From: Myxococcota bacterium
Lineage (GTDB): Bacteria; Myxococcota_A; UBA796; GCA-2862545
Assembly (NCBI GenBank): GCA_039208735.1
Contig: JBCCQY010000113.1
Location: 1 to 29,243, forward strand
Direction: 5' to 3'
DNA length: 29,243 nucleotides
Part shown: positions 16,617 to 25,744 of the stretch, one piece after another
Layout of the letters: every line of letters begins with the position of its first letter
Position numbering within the stretch: position 1 is the first letter of the stretch
The notes under the pieces: model-generated
The model's database searches: none
What the model was told of the DNA's origin: nothing
Seen by the model: the letters and a program-made list of their open reading frames with translations, nothing else
Translations under genes and position numbers: made by a program

Positions 16617-18128
16617 ATGCCATTGAATCGACGGGATGTGCTGCAAGGATTGTCGGCGGGGCTGTCGCTCGGTGTTCCGGGTACCTCGGCCGCGGCGTCC
16701 TGCAGTCCTGGCCTTTGTCCCACGCCGGTCGGGCTTGGACGGGCCGGTGGATACAAAATTCTGGAGATCTTCCTGTCTGGAGCATTTTCGCATCGCGAAA
16801 CGCTCTACATCGAGAACCCCACGGTCTCGATCCCGTGGCGAACCGTCGACACGTTTGATCCGAGGCTCACGACCACCCTCATGCCCCCAACGGCGCCCGC
16901 GGCTTGGCGCTCCTACCTACCTTCGGCACAAGACTATTACGAGCGCGACTACCAGCTGAATGGCGAGGGCGGCACCGTGCACCTCGGCCCTGGCGGTGCA
17001 CCTCTCGTCAAGGAGTATGGGCCTATCGGGGCTCGGCGAACCCTCCTGGAACGAGCGCGGTTGGTGACCGTGTCGCACCGATACCCAGTGCATCGGGAAG
17101 CTCAACGCGTCATGCTCCATGGAGACCTGGCCGAAGGGGAGCGTCGGGGAGCGGGGCCGGGTGCGGTCATCTCCCGCTTTCGGTCGACCAGCCAGCTCGC
17201 TCCAAGTTTCGTTTTTTACAGCGAGATTTCGGGCGATGCAAGACAGACGCGTGACTTCGCCATTGATCCGGGTCTTCATGGGAGCATTTACGCTCCGATC
17301 GCCATTCCCTTCTCAGACCCAAGCATTGTCAACCGGCTCGGCGCGGTCACCAATGGGGACCGTGAACGGCTCATCCGGCTTCACCACGCGGACTACGCAC
17401 GGAGGCTTACGTTCACCTCCGCGCCGCTTGCCGGCGAACGCGCACGGGCTCGGGCGTTCGATCGCCTCATTTCGACGTTCGATAGCGCTCGGGAAGGCTC
17501 GGCCTATGCATCGGCGCTATCCGCGCTGGTGCCTTCAGGTCAAACCGTCGAAACGTTCTGGACCAATCCCACACGTCGCGCGATTCAGGCCTCTGCGGAT
17601 CTCCTCGCGACCACCGCGACGGCCTATTGCGGAGTGATCGACCCCGGTGTGGAAGGGTCGGTGTACGACACCCACGATGAGGATGCCGCTACGACGGCGT
17701 TAATGCATACAGGAAACCTCATCAATGTTCTGCGCACGGTGCACGAACTGGTGAGCCTTGGGACGATCGATCTGGATCAAACGTTGGTGGCAATCACCAC
17801 AGAGTTTGGCCGGCACGACTATGGAGGCGATAGGTCGAACCACTTTAATTCTGCCTTCAACGTCCTGTTCGTGGGCGGCCCGATCGCAAAACCGGTAACG
17901 GGCGCTCCGCGTCACCTGGTCGGTCATATTGACGTTAGCGACCCGCCCGTGGCGAAGCCTCCGTCAACCTTCTCGACCCCCCTTGGGCCGAGCGACGTCC
18001 GAGCCGCCATGCTCGCCGCCGCGGGCGTCCATCCCATCCAGACCACCGTATTCGAAACCACCGATCTCAAGCGTAGCGCGGACCCTGACCAGATCGCCGA
18101 AGATCTCTTCGGCACGTTCTTTGCGTAG
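16617..18128 (+). CDS. DUF1501 family protein with Tat signal, 503 aa
   Basis: Twin-arginine leader LNRRDVLQG. Motifs IFLSGAFSHRET, YDTH, LDQTLVAITTEFGR, SNH, FVGG. GAGGAGG RBS. Confidence 0.88.
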   Translation: MPLNRRDVLQGLSAGLSLGVPGTSAAASCSPGLCPTPVGLGRAGGYKILEIFLSGAFSHRETLYIENPTVSIPWRTVDTFDPRLTTTLMPPTAPAAWRSYLPSAQDYYERDYQLNGEGGTVHLGPGGAPLVKEYGPIGARRTLLERARLVTVSHRYPVHREAQRVMLHGDLAEGERRGAGPGAVISRFRSTSQLAPSFVFYSEISGDARQTRDFAIDPGLHGSIYAPIAIPFSDPSIVNRLGAVTNGDRERLIRLHHADYARRLTFTSAPLAGERARARAFDRLISTFDSAREGSAYASALSALVPSGQTVETFWTNPTRRAIQASADLLATTATAYCGVIDPGVEGSVYDTHDEDAATTALMHTGNLINVLRTVHELVSLGTIDLDQTLVAITTEFGRHDYGGDRSNHFNSAFNVLFVGGPIAKPVTGAPRHLVGHIDVSDPPVAKPPSTFSTPLGPSDVRAAMLAAAGVHPIQTTVFETTDLKRSADPDQIAEDLFGTFFA

Positions 18129-18137
18129 GAGGCTCCC

Positions 18138-20651
18138 ATGAACCGTGCCCTCGGGCCGATCCTCGTTGCCTGTTTTACGACCAGTTGCGGGTGGTCCGTA
18201 CCGGCTCGCGATGCCGGAGACGACGCCTTCGCCCTGCAGGCCATACGCGTCGTTCTCGGGCGCCAACCGCTCGGAACCGCCGAGGTCCGCGCGCTCGCGG
18301 ATGTCGCGAGGGTTTCGGGCCGCCAGCGTGCACTCGAAGCACTCTTCGAAAGGCCAGAGTATGTCGCCCATTGGTCGAATGTGCTCGCCGATGACTTGCA
18401 GGTGCAGCGAAACGGCCCCATGGCTGTCGATCCGAACTGCACGGCGGCGCCGTTACTGCCTCCGTGGGCCAGCCAATCGCTCGCGTATCACCTGGCCACG
18501 GCCTCACCCAACATCCCGTTTTGTTTCAGCATCGAAGTCGTTCCCTTCGAGCCGGTGAGCTGGGACCTAGACCTGGCCGTCGAAGAACTGAGCAGCCAGG
18601 CGGACGTGACGCTCGATACCCTCCCACCGTTCGAAGTCTCGCTCGATCCCCCCACCTTTGAACCTCTGCCGCCAGGTCCTGGGACGTTTGACGATCTGGG
18701 TGACGGCAACACCATGCAGAGCTTCTACACCGAGGTGGAACTTGAGCCCATCGACGTTGACCGGTGGATGCGCCTTCGAGAGGCCGTTGAGGACTGCTCT
18801 CCCTTCAACCTCACCGATGCCGCGGAGGCGGTTGTGAGGGCCGACCGCCTCGATGGTCTGTACCGAATGTACCTTCCGGTGCTGCGCAATCAATACCGTA
18901 CCCTGGGCCCTGATCCGGCGACTGAACGGGAGCGCCAGGCCACCTTCGGCAGCCTCTTCATGGAAATCTACCTTCAGCGGGATCCGACCTGCATGGGTTG
19001 CCACACATCGACCTGGTCCAAAACCAACCCCCATCCTATCGCTCCGAACCCGTGGGACCGTTTCCATCCGATCTGGGTCGGCCTGCCGGTGCCTTGGGAT
19101 CTCGAGGGGAACGTGTTCTCCTTGGACCAAGGCGCCAGCTTCGAGTATGGGGGGGATGGCGGTTCAGCAGTTCGACAGCGCGTGAACCGTAACTTTGACA
19201 GCCGGAACCGTAGCGGTGGCATGAAGCCTTGGGGCATCGATGCGGCCTGTGCCGACAATTACGTGTGGCCGCTCGAACTCGAAGGGGCTCACTTTGCAGA
19301 AGTGACGCCCGACAACGCAGGTGTGTTGGCCCTTTCGATGGCGCTCGGCCGCGGTACGAACAGCCTTTCCACCGCAACGCCGGTACTTCCCGATTGGCCT
19401 GCCTGGCGGGCCGAACAAGCCACCGGGGTGCTTCCCTCTGTCGAACTTCCCTGCGAGAGCTGCCACGATGCAGATCGGATTCGAACGATCGTTGCATCCA
19501 CTACGGACGCTCGACTGTTCCGCCTCCTTCAGTCCGACGTGCCGGGCATGGGCCAACAGGCTTCGGACCCTGATTACGCTCTGGCTCTCATCGAGGAGCT
19601 CCGCGCGAAGTACGGTCAAGTGCCAACCTTCGAACTAGAGAACCGCGATCAGGCGTTCGCCATACTGGTTGCAACAACCATTGCGAATCATGTCGCAGAA
19701 GCCGTCTGGGGCGAGCCGCTCACCCTGGCCCATCGGTTCCCCCGCAACGGACAACAAGCCCTCGCCCTCGCCGACCTTACGCGGGTCGTATCCGCCCGGT
19801 TCAGCCTTCGCGACGCCCTCGAGCGAGTGCTCCTGAGCGAGGCGTTCAACCGTACGGCACCGGCTGACCCCACAACGGTGCCCTACGACCTCCCGATGTT
19901 GCCCTACCCAGAGGCCGAGCTGGCCCCGGAAACGACGGTCGTGCCGGCCGAGAATCTTGGCAATTCGGAGGGAGATTTCGTCCATCGAGCGAGTCCTCAC
20001 GTGATGTTGCAACAGGTCGCAGGCGCCCTTGGGTGGCCGCGTGTCCCCATTGCGGGTGATCCAACCGCCTATCCGACCCGTGAATTGCTCCAGTCACTTG
20101 GCCGCCACACGGATGTCCTCCACCCTGAACAGACCGATCATGCACTTGCGGCCTGGCTGGTCTGGGAACAGGAGGTCGCCAGCTGTGAGAAGCCGGCGGA
20201 AGTCTTCGCGGGAGATGTGCGGCCGATGGGCGGGTCGTTCCCCTCAGCGCAGCGTTACGATCGTCTGTCTGCCGACGAGTGGATCGACTGGATCGACGTC
20301 CTCGTCCAAGCTGGCCAAAATCGCCAAATGACCTGGCGCGAACTCTTCGAAGCCATCAAGGATCGTCTGGTGACCGAAGCGAAGCTCTGGGAGTCCGAAG
20401 AAGAGGTGCTCCGAGACTGGTTCGGGTTGGTGAGTCTGGACGACCAACCCGAATGGAACGACGACACCGAACGAGTGCTGCGTGGCTTCTGCGGAGCGCT
20501 ACTGCGAACGCCAGAATTCGTGCTGCGCGGGCTCGGCCCCGCACGGCCCATGGATGGCCCCCTCAACCCCATCTGCTTCGATGACGAACCCTGCACCGTC
20601 GCCGAACGGCTGGAGCGCTTCATGAACGCTCCAGTCGAGTCTTCGGATTAG
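18138..20651 (+). CDS. DUF1549/DUF1553-like lipoprotein with two CxxCH motifs (putative c-type cytochrome), 837 aa
   Basis: Lipobox TTS-C. DUF1549-like DDAF..VLGRQP..E..R..LFERPEYVAHW..D. CxxCH motifs CMGCH and CESCH. DUF1553-like FA...ANHV..VWG...FSLRDALERVLLSEAF. Starts 9 bp after the DUF1501 gene, with an AGGAGG RBS. Confidence 0.82.
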   Translation: MNRALGPILVACFTTSCGWSVPARDAGDDAFALQAIRVVLGRQPLGTAEVRALADVARVSGRQRALEALFERPEYVAHWSNVLADDLQVQRNGPMAVDPNCTAAPLLPPWASQSLAYHLATASPNIPFCFSIEVVPFEPVSWDLDLAVEELSSQADVTLDTLPPFEVSLDPPTFEPLPPGPGTFDDLGDGNTMQSFYTEVELEPIDVDRWMRLREAVEDCSPFNLTDAAEAVVRADRLDGLYRMYLPVLRNQYRTLGPDPATERERQATFGSLFMEIYLQRDPTCMGCHTSTWSKTNPHPIAPNPWDRFHPIWVGLPVPWDLEGNVFSLDQGASFEYGGDGGSAVRQRVNRNFDSRNRSGGMKPWGIDAACADNYVWPLELEGAHFAEVTPDNAGVLALSMALGRGTNSLSTATPVLPDWPAWRAEQATGVLPSVELPCESCHDADRIRTIVASTTDARLFRLLQSDVPGMGQQASDPDYALALIEELRAKYGQVPTFELENRDQAFAILVATTIANHVAEAVWGEPLTLAHRFPRNGQQALALADLTRVVSARFSLRDALERVLLSEAFNRTAPADPTTVPYDLPMLPYPEAELAPETTVVPAENLGNSEGDFVHRASPHVMLQQVAGALGWPRVPIAGDPTAYPTRELLQSLGRHTDVLHPEQTDHALAAWLVWEQEVASCEKPAEVFAGDVRPMGGSFPSAQRYDRLSADEWIDWIDVLVQAGQNRQMTWRELFEAIKDRLVTEAKLWESEEEVLRDWFGLVSLDDQPEWNDDTERVLRGFCGALLRTPEFVLRGLGPARPMDGPLNPICFDDEPCTVAERLERFMNAPVESSD

Positions 20652-20720
20652 GACCGCTGTGCGCGACGGAATCATGGACTGAACATTGCCAACGCGGATA
20701 GGAGTCGGCCGGGACATGCG

Positions 20721-22164
20721 CTATTTCCCATACCCACCGTAGGCGCGGCCCCCCGAGCCCAAGCCACTGCGCCCTCCATAGTTGGGGCCCGGCGTGCCGT
20801 AGGCCCTGCGGTAGAGGAGGTCGCGCCTGGTACGCTGGCCTGAGGCGACGGCGCTCGACGATGGGAAGCGCTTGCGGGTCCATACCCCCATGAGCCCGTA
20901 GACCGCGAGGTCGCCGTGCTTACCCAGGTAGGTCTTACCTTCTCCGCGGGCCGCCACGTAGGCATCGTACTCGGCCCGCGTGATCGGCCTGTAGTTCGCC
21001 TTGTCGGTCCCCCAATAGACCTCCTTCATCCATGCAGAGCCGGCGTTGAAGGTCCAAGTCGCCGTCGGTCCGGAGCCCGACCAGCGGCCGTGACGCCGAT
21101 CATTGACGTAGTGCCAGCCGGGTGGCGTCGGATGGGTGTCGGCGTCGGACATGAGCTGGCCTGGCGCCTTGTGCAGAATCACCATGCCAACGGCCGTCTG
21201 CGTGACCTTGGACCGCGCGCCAACCGGCTGCCACGAGCCCTCCGTGGTGGTCCAGGGACCGGACTCGCCGGCCTTGCCCTGAATGGTGAGCAGCTTGAGC
21301 TGTGCCGCTCTTCCTGGGCGCCAGTCGACCAGGATCCAGTCGATCGTGTCCCCGACGAGTTCCACCTCCTCGGCCTGCTCCTCCTCGATCGCGACGAGCA
21401 CGTCCAACGCATTCTCTCCGGCAACCACGGCCTGTCCCATAGCGTAGGCGTCCGAGGCGTCGGCCGCTTGGACACCGCGGTCATGATGCCTCTCGACCGA
21501 CTTGCGGGCATCTCGCAGCGAAGCCTCCATGCCGTTGATCGCTTCCCGTAGCTTGGGCCAGCGACGCACGGTGGCGCGATAGTCCGCGAACCAGGTCTTG
21601 TCGCTTTCCCGCTCCGTGAGCGCCTTGCCCACTACACCAAGGCGAGCCCTCCATTTGGGCGCGTCCTCTGAATAGGAGAGGATCCGTTGCAGTCGCTGGA
21701 TGGACTCGCCGCAGTCCATCGCCGCCTCGGTATAGACCGCGCGTGCTGCGTCAATGGCCTCGCGGTCCTCCTCGGCCGTGACGAACCAAGCGCTCGCAAT
21801 CGCCTGGACGCTCTCCAGACGGTCCACGCGGGCGAGTTCGCGTTCGCTCTGCTTACCGATGTCGGCGCGGATTCGAGCCACCTCGTCAACCGGAGTTCAT
21901 GTAGTCGGGTGCGCGGGCAACAAGGGCGTCGGAATCCCGCAAGCAGGTTTCCGCAGCGCCCATCACTTTGACCGCCGCGGCGACGCCAGCCGTGACCGCG
22001 GACTGGGCCCGCCTACTGGCCCCGGCAGTCAAGAGGAAGACCGTAGCCACGGCGGCCAGGAGTCCACCGCCCACGAGGACACCCAGTCCTGACCCATGCG
22101 TCCCCCCAGCGGCATGCGATACTCCGACTCCGGATAGTTCACCCCACACCACGAGGCGAGCCAC
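20721..22164 (-). pseudogene. Probably one membrane-anchored coiled-coil protein gene split by a frameshift (ORFs 21886-22164 and 20721-21881)
   Basis: The upstream ORF carries a TM helix (GLGVLVGGGLLAAVATVFLL) and ends PDYMNSG*. The downstream frame opens within the same ~15 bp (..VDEVARIR) and continues as a coiled coil, then PPGWHYV..HGRW and a Gly/Tyr/Arg tail ending GGYGK. Confidence 0.6.
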
Positions 22165-22260
22165 GGTTCGAGGGAAACTCCGAGTCTAGACATCGGAGCT
22201 AAACGGGAGGTTCCGGGAGCGCATCTTCAGGCGCTACAGTCGAAAAAACAGGGAGGTCTC

Positions 22261-23376
22261 GTGCGAATTGGTGTGTGTGTGTTGATGGCGGGGTTGACGG
22301 TCTCCTGTGCCAAGAAACCATCGGCGGGGTCGGGGATTCGAGATGAGGGAGAGGTCGCGCAGGGCGACGTCGGTGAATCGGAACTGCTGGGCCAGATCCG
22401 GACCGCAGTCGACCCTGCCTTTGTGTACGAGTACTCCCAGACTCGCTTCGTTCCGCCGCAGGGCAAGACCCTCCTCATCATGGGCCAGACCGTCCAGAGA
22501 ATCGAAGAGCACGTCGAGGCGTTCCCCGATCGACCTCTGCCCGGTGGGTGGTCGGCCTATTGGCCCATCAACAAGTTCGAGGGAATCAAGAAGCCGCACA
22601 CGAATCAGACCGGCGGTACCCAACACCATCAGTGGTTGATCAACAAGTTCCCCGATACCGTGCTGCACAGTGCGATCTGGATGGTCGGGACGTGGGATGT
22701 CGCCAATAATACAATCAATGGCGAATACGACGATGTTGTTGAGCGATATGCAGCGTGGGCTCGTAACATCGATCGCCCGTTGTACCTTCGCATTGGGTAC
22801 GAGTTCGACGGGCCCCACAACGAGCTCGATCCCGTCCAGTACGTCGCAGCGTATCGCCATGTCGCGGACCTTCTTCGGAGCGAGGGACTCGACAACGTTG
22901 CGCTTGTCTGGCATTCCTACGCGTCAACACCCTTCCAGGATCACCCGGTCGAGGCGTGGTACCCCGGCGACGACTACGTCGACTGGGTCGCGATTTCCAC
23001 CTTCGATCAGGCGTATAGCGGCGGATTCGGGGTCTACGGCGACGCAGTGCTCGAGTTCGCAAAGGCCCATGGCAAGCCGGTCATGATCGCGGAGGCCAAT
23101 CCCGTCCGAGGCATCACGACGGACGGTGTCGAGGCATGGGAGGATTGGTTTGTGAACTTCTTTTCGCTGGTGCACGAAAAGAACATCAAAGCCGTGGCGT
23201 TCATCAACGAAGACTGGAGGAGCTTCGGCCCCAACGGCCTGTTGGATTGGCAGGATGGGCGACTCGTCAACAACCCGACCATCGCGGAGGCATGGTTTGA
23301 GGAGACGAGCCGCGAGCGGTATCTGAAGCAGTCTCCCGATCTGTTCGCGACGTTGGGCTACGAATTGCCAGAGTGA
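22261..23376 (+). CDS. Glycoside hydrolase family 26 lipoprotein, endo-1,3-beta-xylanase-like, 371 aa
   Basis: Lipobox TVS-C. Motifs YLRIGYEFDG (acid/base Glu), WYPGDDYVDW and KPVMIAE (nucleophile Glu). GGGAGG RBS. Confidence 0.92.
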   Translation: MRIGVCVLMAGLTVSCAKKPSAGSGIRDEGEVAQGDVGESELLGQIRTAVDPAFVYEYSQTRFVPPQGKTLLIMGQTVQRIEEHVEAFPDRPLPGGWSAYWPINKFEGIKKPHTNQTGGTQHHQWLINKFPDTVLHSAIWMVGTWDVANNTINGEYDDVVERYAAWARNIDRPLYLRIGYEFDGPHNELDPVQYVAAYRHVADLLRSEGLDNVALVWHSYASTPFQDHPVEAWYPGDDYVDWVAISTFDQAYSGGFGVYGDAVLEFAKAHGKPVMIAEANPVRGITTDGVEAWEDWFVNFFSLVHEKNIKAVAFINEDWRSFGPNGLLDWQDGRLVNNPTIAEAWFEETSRERYLKQSPDLFATLGYELPE

Positions 23377-23515
23377 CCGGCTACGTCCTCTTGATGTTCG
23401 GCTTGAGCCGCCGACGAGTCTGGCGTCTCGCAACCACTGAACAACGTTGGCAGAGACCTCCGCGGATCGGACCACCTGGTCTGATGGTCGCTCGCCTCCC
23501 TGATCTCGACGAAGC

Positions 23516-24088
23516 TCAGCTCCGCTTGGACTCCTGCCGTTCGCTCCGCGAACGGTCTCGCCTGCGAATCTCGACGTGGAGCACGGCCTCGTCTTCCCAA
23601 GCCCGCATACGGCTCCCGTCCATCATCACCGCCTGGACGCCCTGTGGCGATGCCGCCAAGTCTTGGTCCACCGAAGCCAGGATCCGATCGACGACCTGCC
23701 TCGCGTGGGCGGCGTCGCGGAAGCCGCGGGAGGCACGCTCGCCATTGGCGAAAATCACTGCATTCTCGATGCGAATCGTGTCGACAGCTTGGTCACGGAG
23801 GACCGGTTCGAGAGGACCCAGGCCGAAGATTTCATCGAGGGTGGCTTCCACGATGGGCGTAACGTCGCCCTCAAGCCGTTCCTGAGCGAGGATCGTGGCT
23901 TTCGAGCGGATCTGGCCCACCACCTCCATAGCGGGGGTGGAGTCGCGCAGGGCCTCCGCTTCAGGCTGGAGAGCCCCTTGAAGGTGGGCGATGTGTTCCT
24001 GGTGTCGTTTGGCGACGGCAAGGTCTGCCAGGCGTCGTTGGCCCCCACGGCGGCGGGGACGGTCGCTGCGGTCTCGGTTGTCGGGCAT
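23516..24088 (-). CDS. Stand-alone CpaF/TadA N-terminal-like domain without ATPase; start uncertain
   Basis: LDEIFGLGPLEPVLRDQAVDTIRI, FRDAAHARQVVDRI and MDGSR match the CpaF N-domain. The ORF stops before any Walker A motif. Confidence 0.75.
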   Translation of the reverse strand: MPDNRDRSDRPRRRGGQRRLADLAVAKRHQEHIAHLQGALQPEAEALRDSTPAMEVVGQIRSKATILAQERLEGDVTPIVEATLDEIFGLGPLEPVLRDQAVDTIRIENAVIFANGERASRGFRDAAHARQVVDRILASVDQDLAASPQGVQAVMMDGSRMRAWEDEAVLHVEIRRRDRSRSERQESKRS

Positions 24089-24292
24089 CGGGGTCTCATG
24101 GGTGGTTCGCATCAGCTGCAGGGACAGGTGTCCCCTACAGCGGAAGCGGCCCTCCATGTCCACGTCATCCCGCGAGGTCGTCTATGCGCACCGGAGGGAA
24201 GGAGAGCCCGTCGTGGAACCACGCCCCGGTTCATCCATCGTACCACGCAACCAAACCACGTCCACCGTGGCCGATGTTCCTACTCCAACGGG

Positions 24293-25582
24293 CTAGAAGT
24301 CCGGCGCAAGCGTGCCCAGCGCTGCTCGGTATTGAACAATTGCGCGGGCATATTCGACGTGTGCGACCTCGAGTTCGCTCTGAACACGGTAAAGCTCGGC
24401 CTGGACCGACAATACATCGGTCACCGTTGCCAGCCCCTGACGGGCTCGCGCCGAAAGCTGCTGCTGTGCCGTTTGCGCTTGGGTGACGGCCGCTCGACGC
24501 AACTCGAGCAGCTCCGCACGCAGCGCTACCGTGCTCCGCGCCCGTTCCTGCTCCAGGCTCACGTTGCGCCCGAGTTGTTCACGGTCCGCCTTCGCGGCTG
24601 CATAGCGGGATCCTGCGGCCCGACGTCTGGCCAAGCGCGCGCCACTGGCGAATGGGGTCCAACTCGCGAGCACGCCAACTTCAAAGAACTCCCCATTGAT
24701 GACGTTGGGTTGGTCGATCACCGCGAACCCGCCAAACACCTCTACGCTCGGAAGCGCCCCCGCGATGGCCACGCGCCGAGACCGCCGCGCCGATTCGAGC
24801 CGCGCATCCGCTGCGAGGAGATCCGCACGCGGCGCTTCCCCAGGCTCCGGCACGTTCAGCGTGGGCAGCTCATCGGCCGGCCGAACGGGTTCATCACGCC
24901 CCATCGCGGCTCCCAGCGCCTGCTCGGTAAGTCGAAGCTCCGTTTCGAGACGGGCAAGCTCTTGTTCGGCCCCCAGCACGGCCACCTCGACGCGCAACAC
25001 GTCACTTTGGACGATGAGTTGAGCCGCATGGCGTGCGCGAAGATCGGCTTCCGTAGCGCGTAGCGAGGCGAGGTTGGCTTCGGCCGCGCGTTGCAGAGCC
25101 CGTACGCGGTGCACATCGAGCCAGGCATTGGCGGCGGCCAGACCGCCCACGATGGTGGCCCAGACCGCCCGGTGCTTCGCGGCCCGTGCCTGCTGGGTGG
25201 CCACGGTGAACTGCGCCGCAGCCTCGGGACGAACCAACGGGGCAAAGACCCTCGCATTTAGGTTTGTCCGGTTGGGGGGCACGATGGGAATCGAACCCAA
25301 GAAGGCAAGCTCAGGAGGCGCTCCGAGGTCCAACTGCACCCCCTCGTCTCGCCTGACCGTGTTGGCGTCCACCTTGGCCACCACGCCCCATGCCGCCATG
25401 AATGAAGCGAACCGCTCGGCCTTCGCGGCATCGGAGGCATGACGCGCGGCAGCGGTCGATGGAGACAACGCTCCTTGGTCGATGGCTTCCTGCAATGTCG
25501 TGGCGTGGCTTGGGGTACCCCCGAACGCGGCGAGCCCGATTCCAACCCCGAGGACCAACCTCGTAAACCAAGTTTGAGGCAT
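24293..25582 (-). CDS. TolC family outer-membrane efflux protein, 429 aa
   Basis: Signal peptide (SHA-TTLQEAI). Repeat motifs LIVQSDVLRVEV, RADLLAA, ALPSVEV, GLATVTDVLSVQ. Adjacent to MFP/RND genes. Confidence 0.92.
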   Translation of the reverse strand: MPQTWFTRLVLGVGIGLAAFGGTPSHATTLQEAIDQGALSPSTAAARHASDAAKAERFASFMAAWGVVAKVDANTVRRDEGVQLDLGAPPELAFLGSIPIVPPNRTNLNARVFAPLVRPEAAAQFTVATQQARAAKHRAVWATIVGGLAAANAWLDVHRVRALQRAAEANLASLRATEADLRARHAAQLIVQSDVLRVEVAVLGAEQELARLETELRLTEQALGAAMGRDEPVRPADELPTLNVPEPGEAPRADLLAADARLESARRSRRVAIAGALPSVEVFGGFAVIDQPNVINGEFFEVGVLASWTPFASGARLARRRAAGSRYAAAKADREQLGRNVSLEQERARSTVALRAELLELRRAAVTQAQTAQQQLSARARQGLATVTDVLSVQAELYRVQSELEVAHVEYARAIVQYRAALGTLAPDF

Positions 25583-25638
25583 TTCTGCTCCAGCGTTGGA
25601 GTCGGTGTAGGAGCTGATGACCCTTCAGGCTCACTTCA

Positions 25639-25695
25639 TTAAGCGGCTTTAAGTTATGACAATCCCAGGAGAACACAGGATTAAGGCAGCTTAAG
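25639..25695. promoter_or_regulatory. Two TTAAG-N5-TTAAG tandem boxes in the divergent TolC/MFP intergenic region
   Basis: TTAAGcggctTTAAG (25639-25653) and TTAAGgcagcTTAAG (25681-25695). Each has a 10-bp period, and the boxes start 42 bp apart. Confidence 0.7.
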
Positions 25696-25744
25696 AACCC
25701 TCAAAGAGATGTCCCTCCTATGCCAAGAGCACATTGGAGGTGCG

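Noticed and set aside
23576..25063. 495-aa plus-strand ORF
   Set aside because: Antisense to tolC and the CpaF-like gene, Arg-rich and motif-free.
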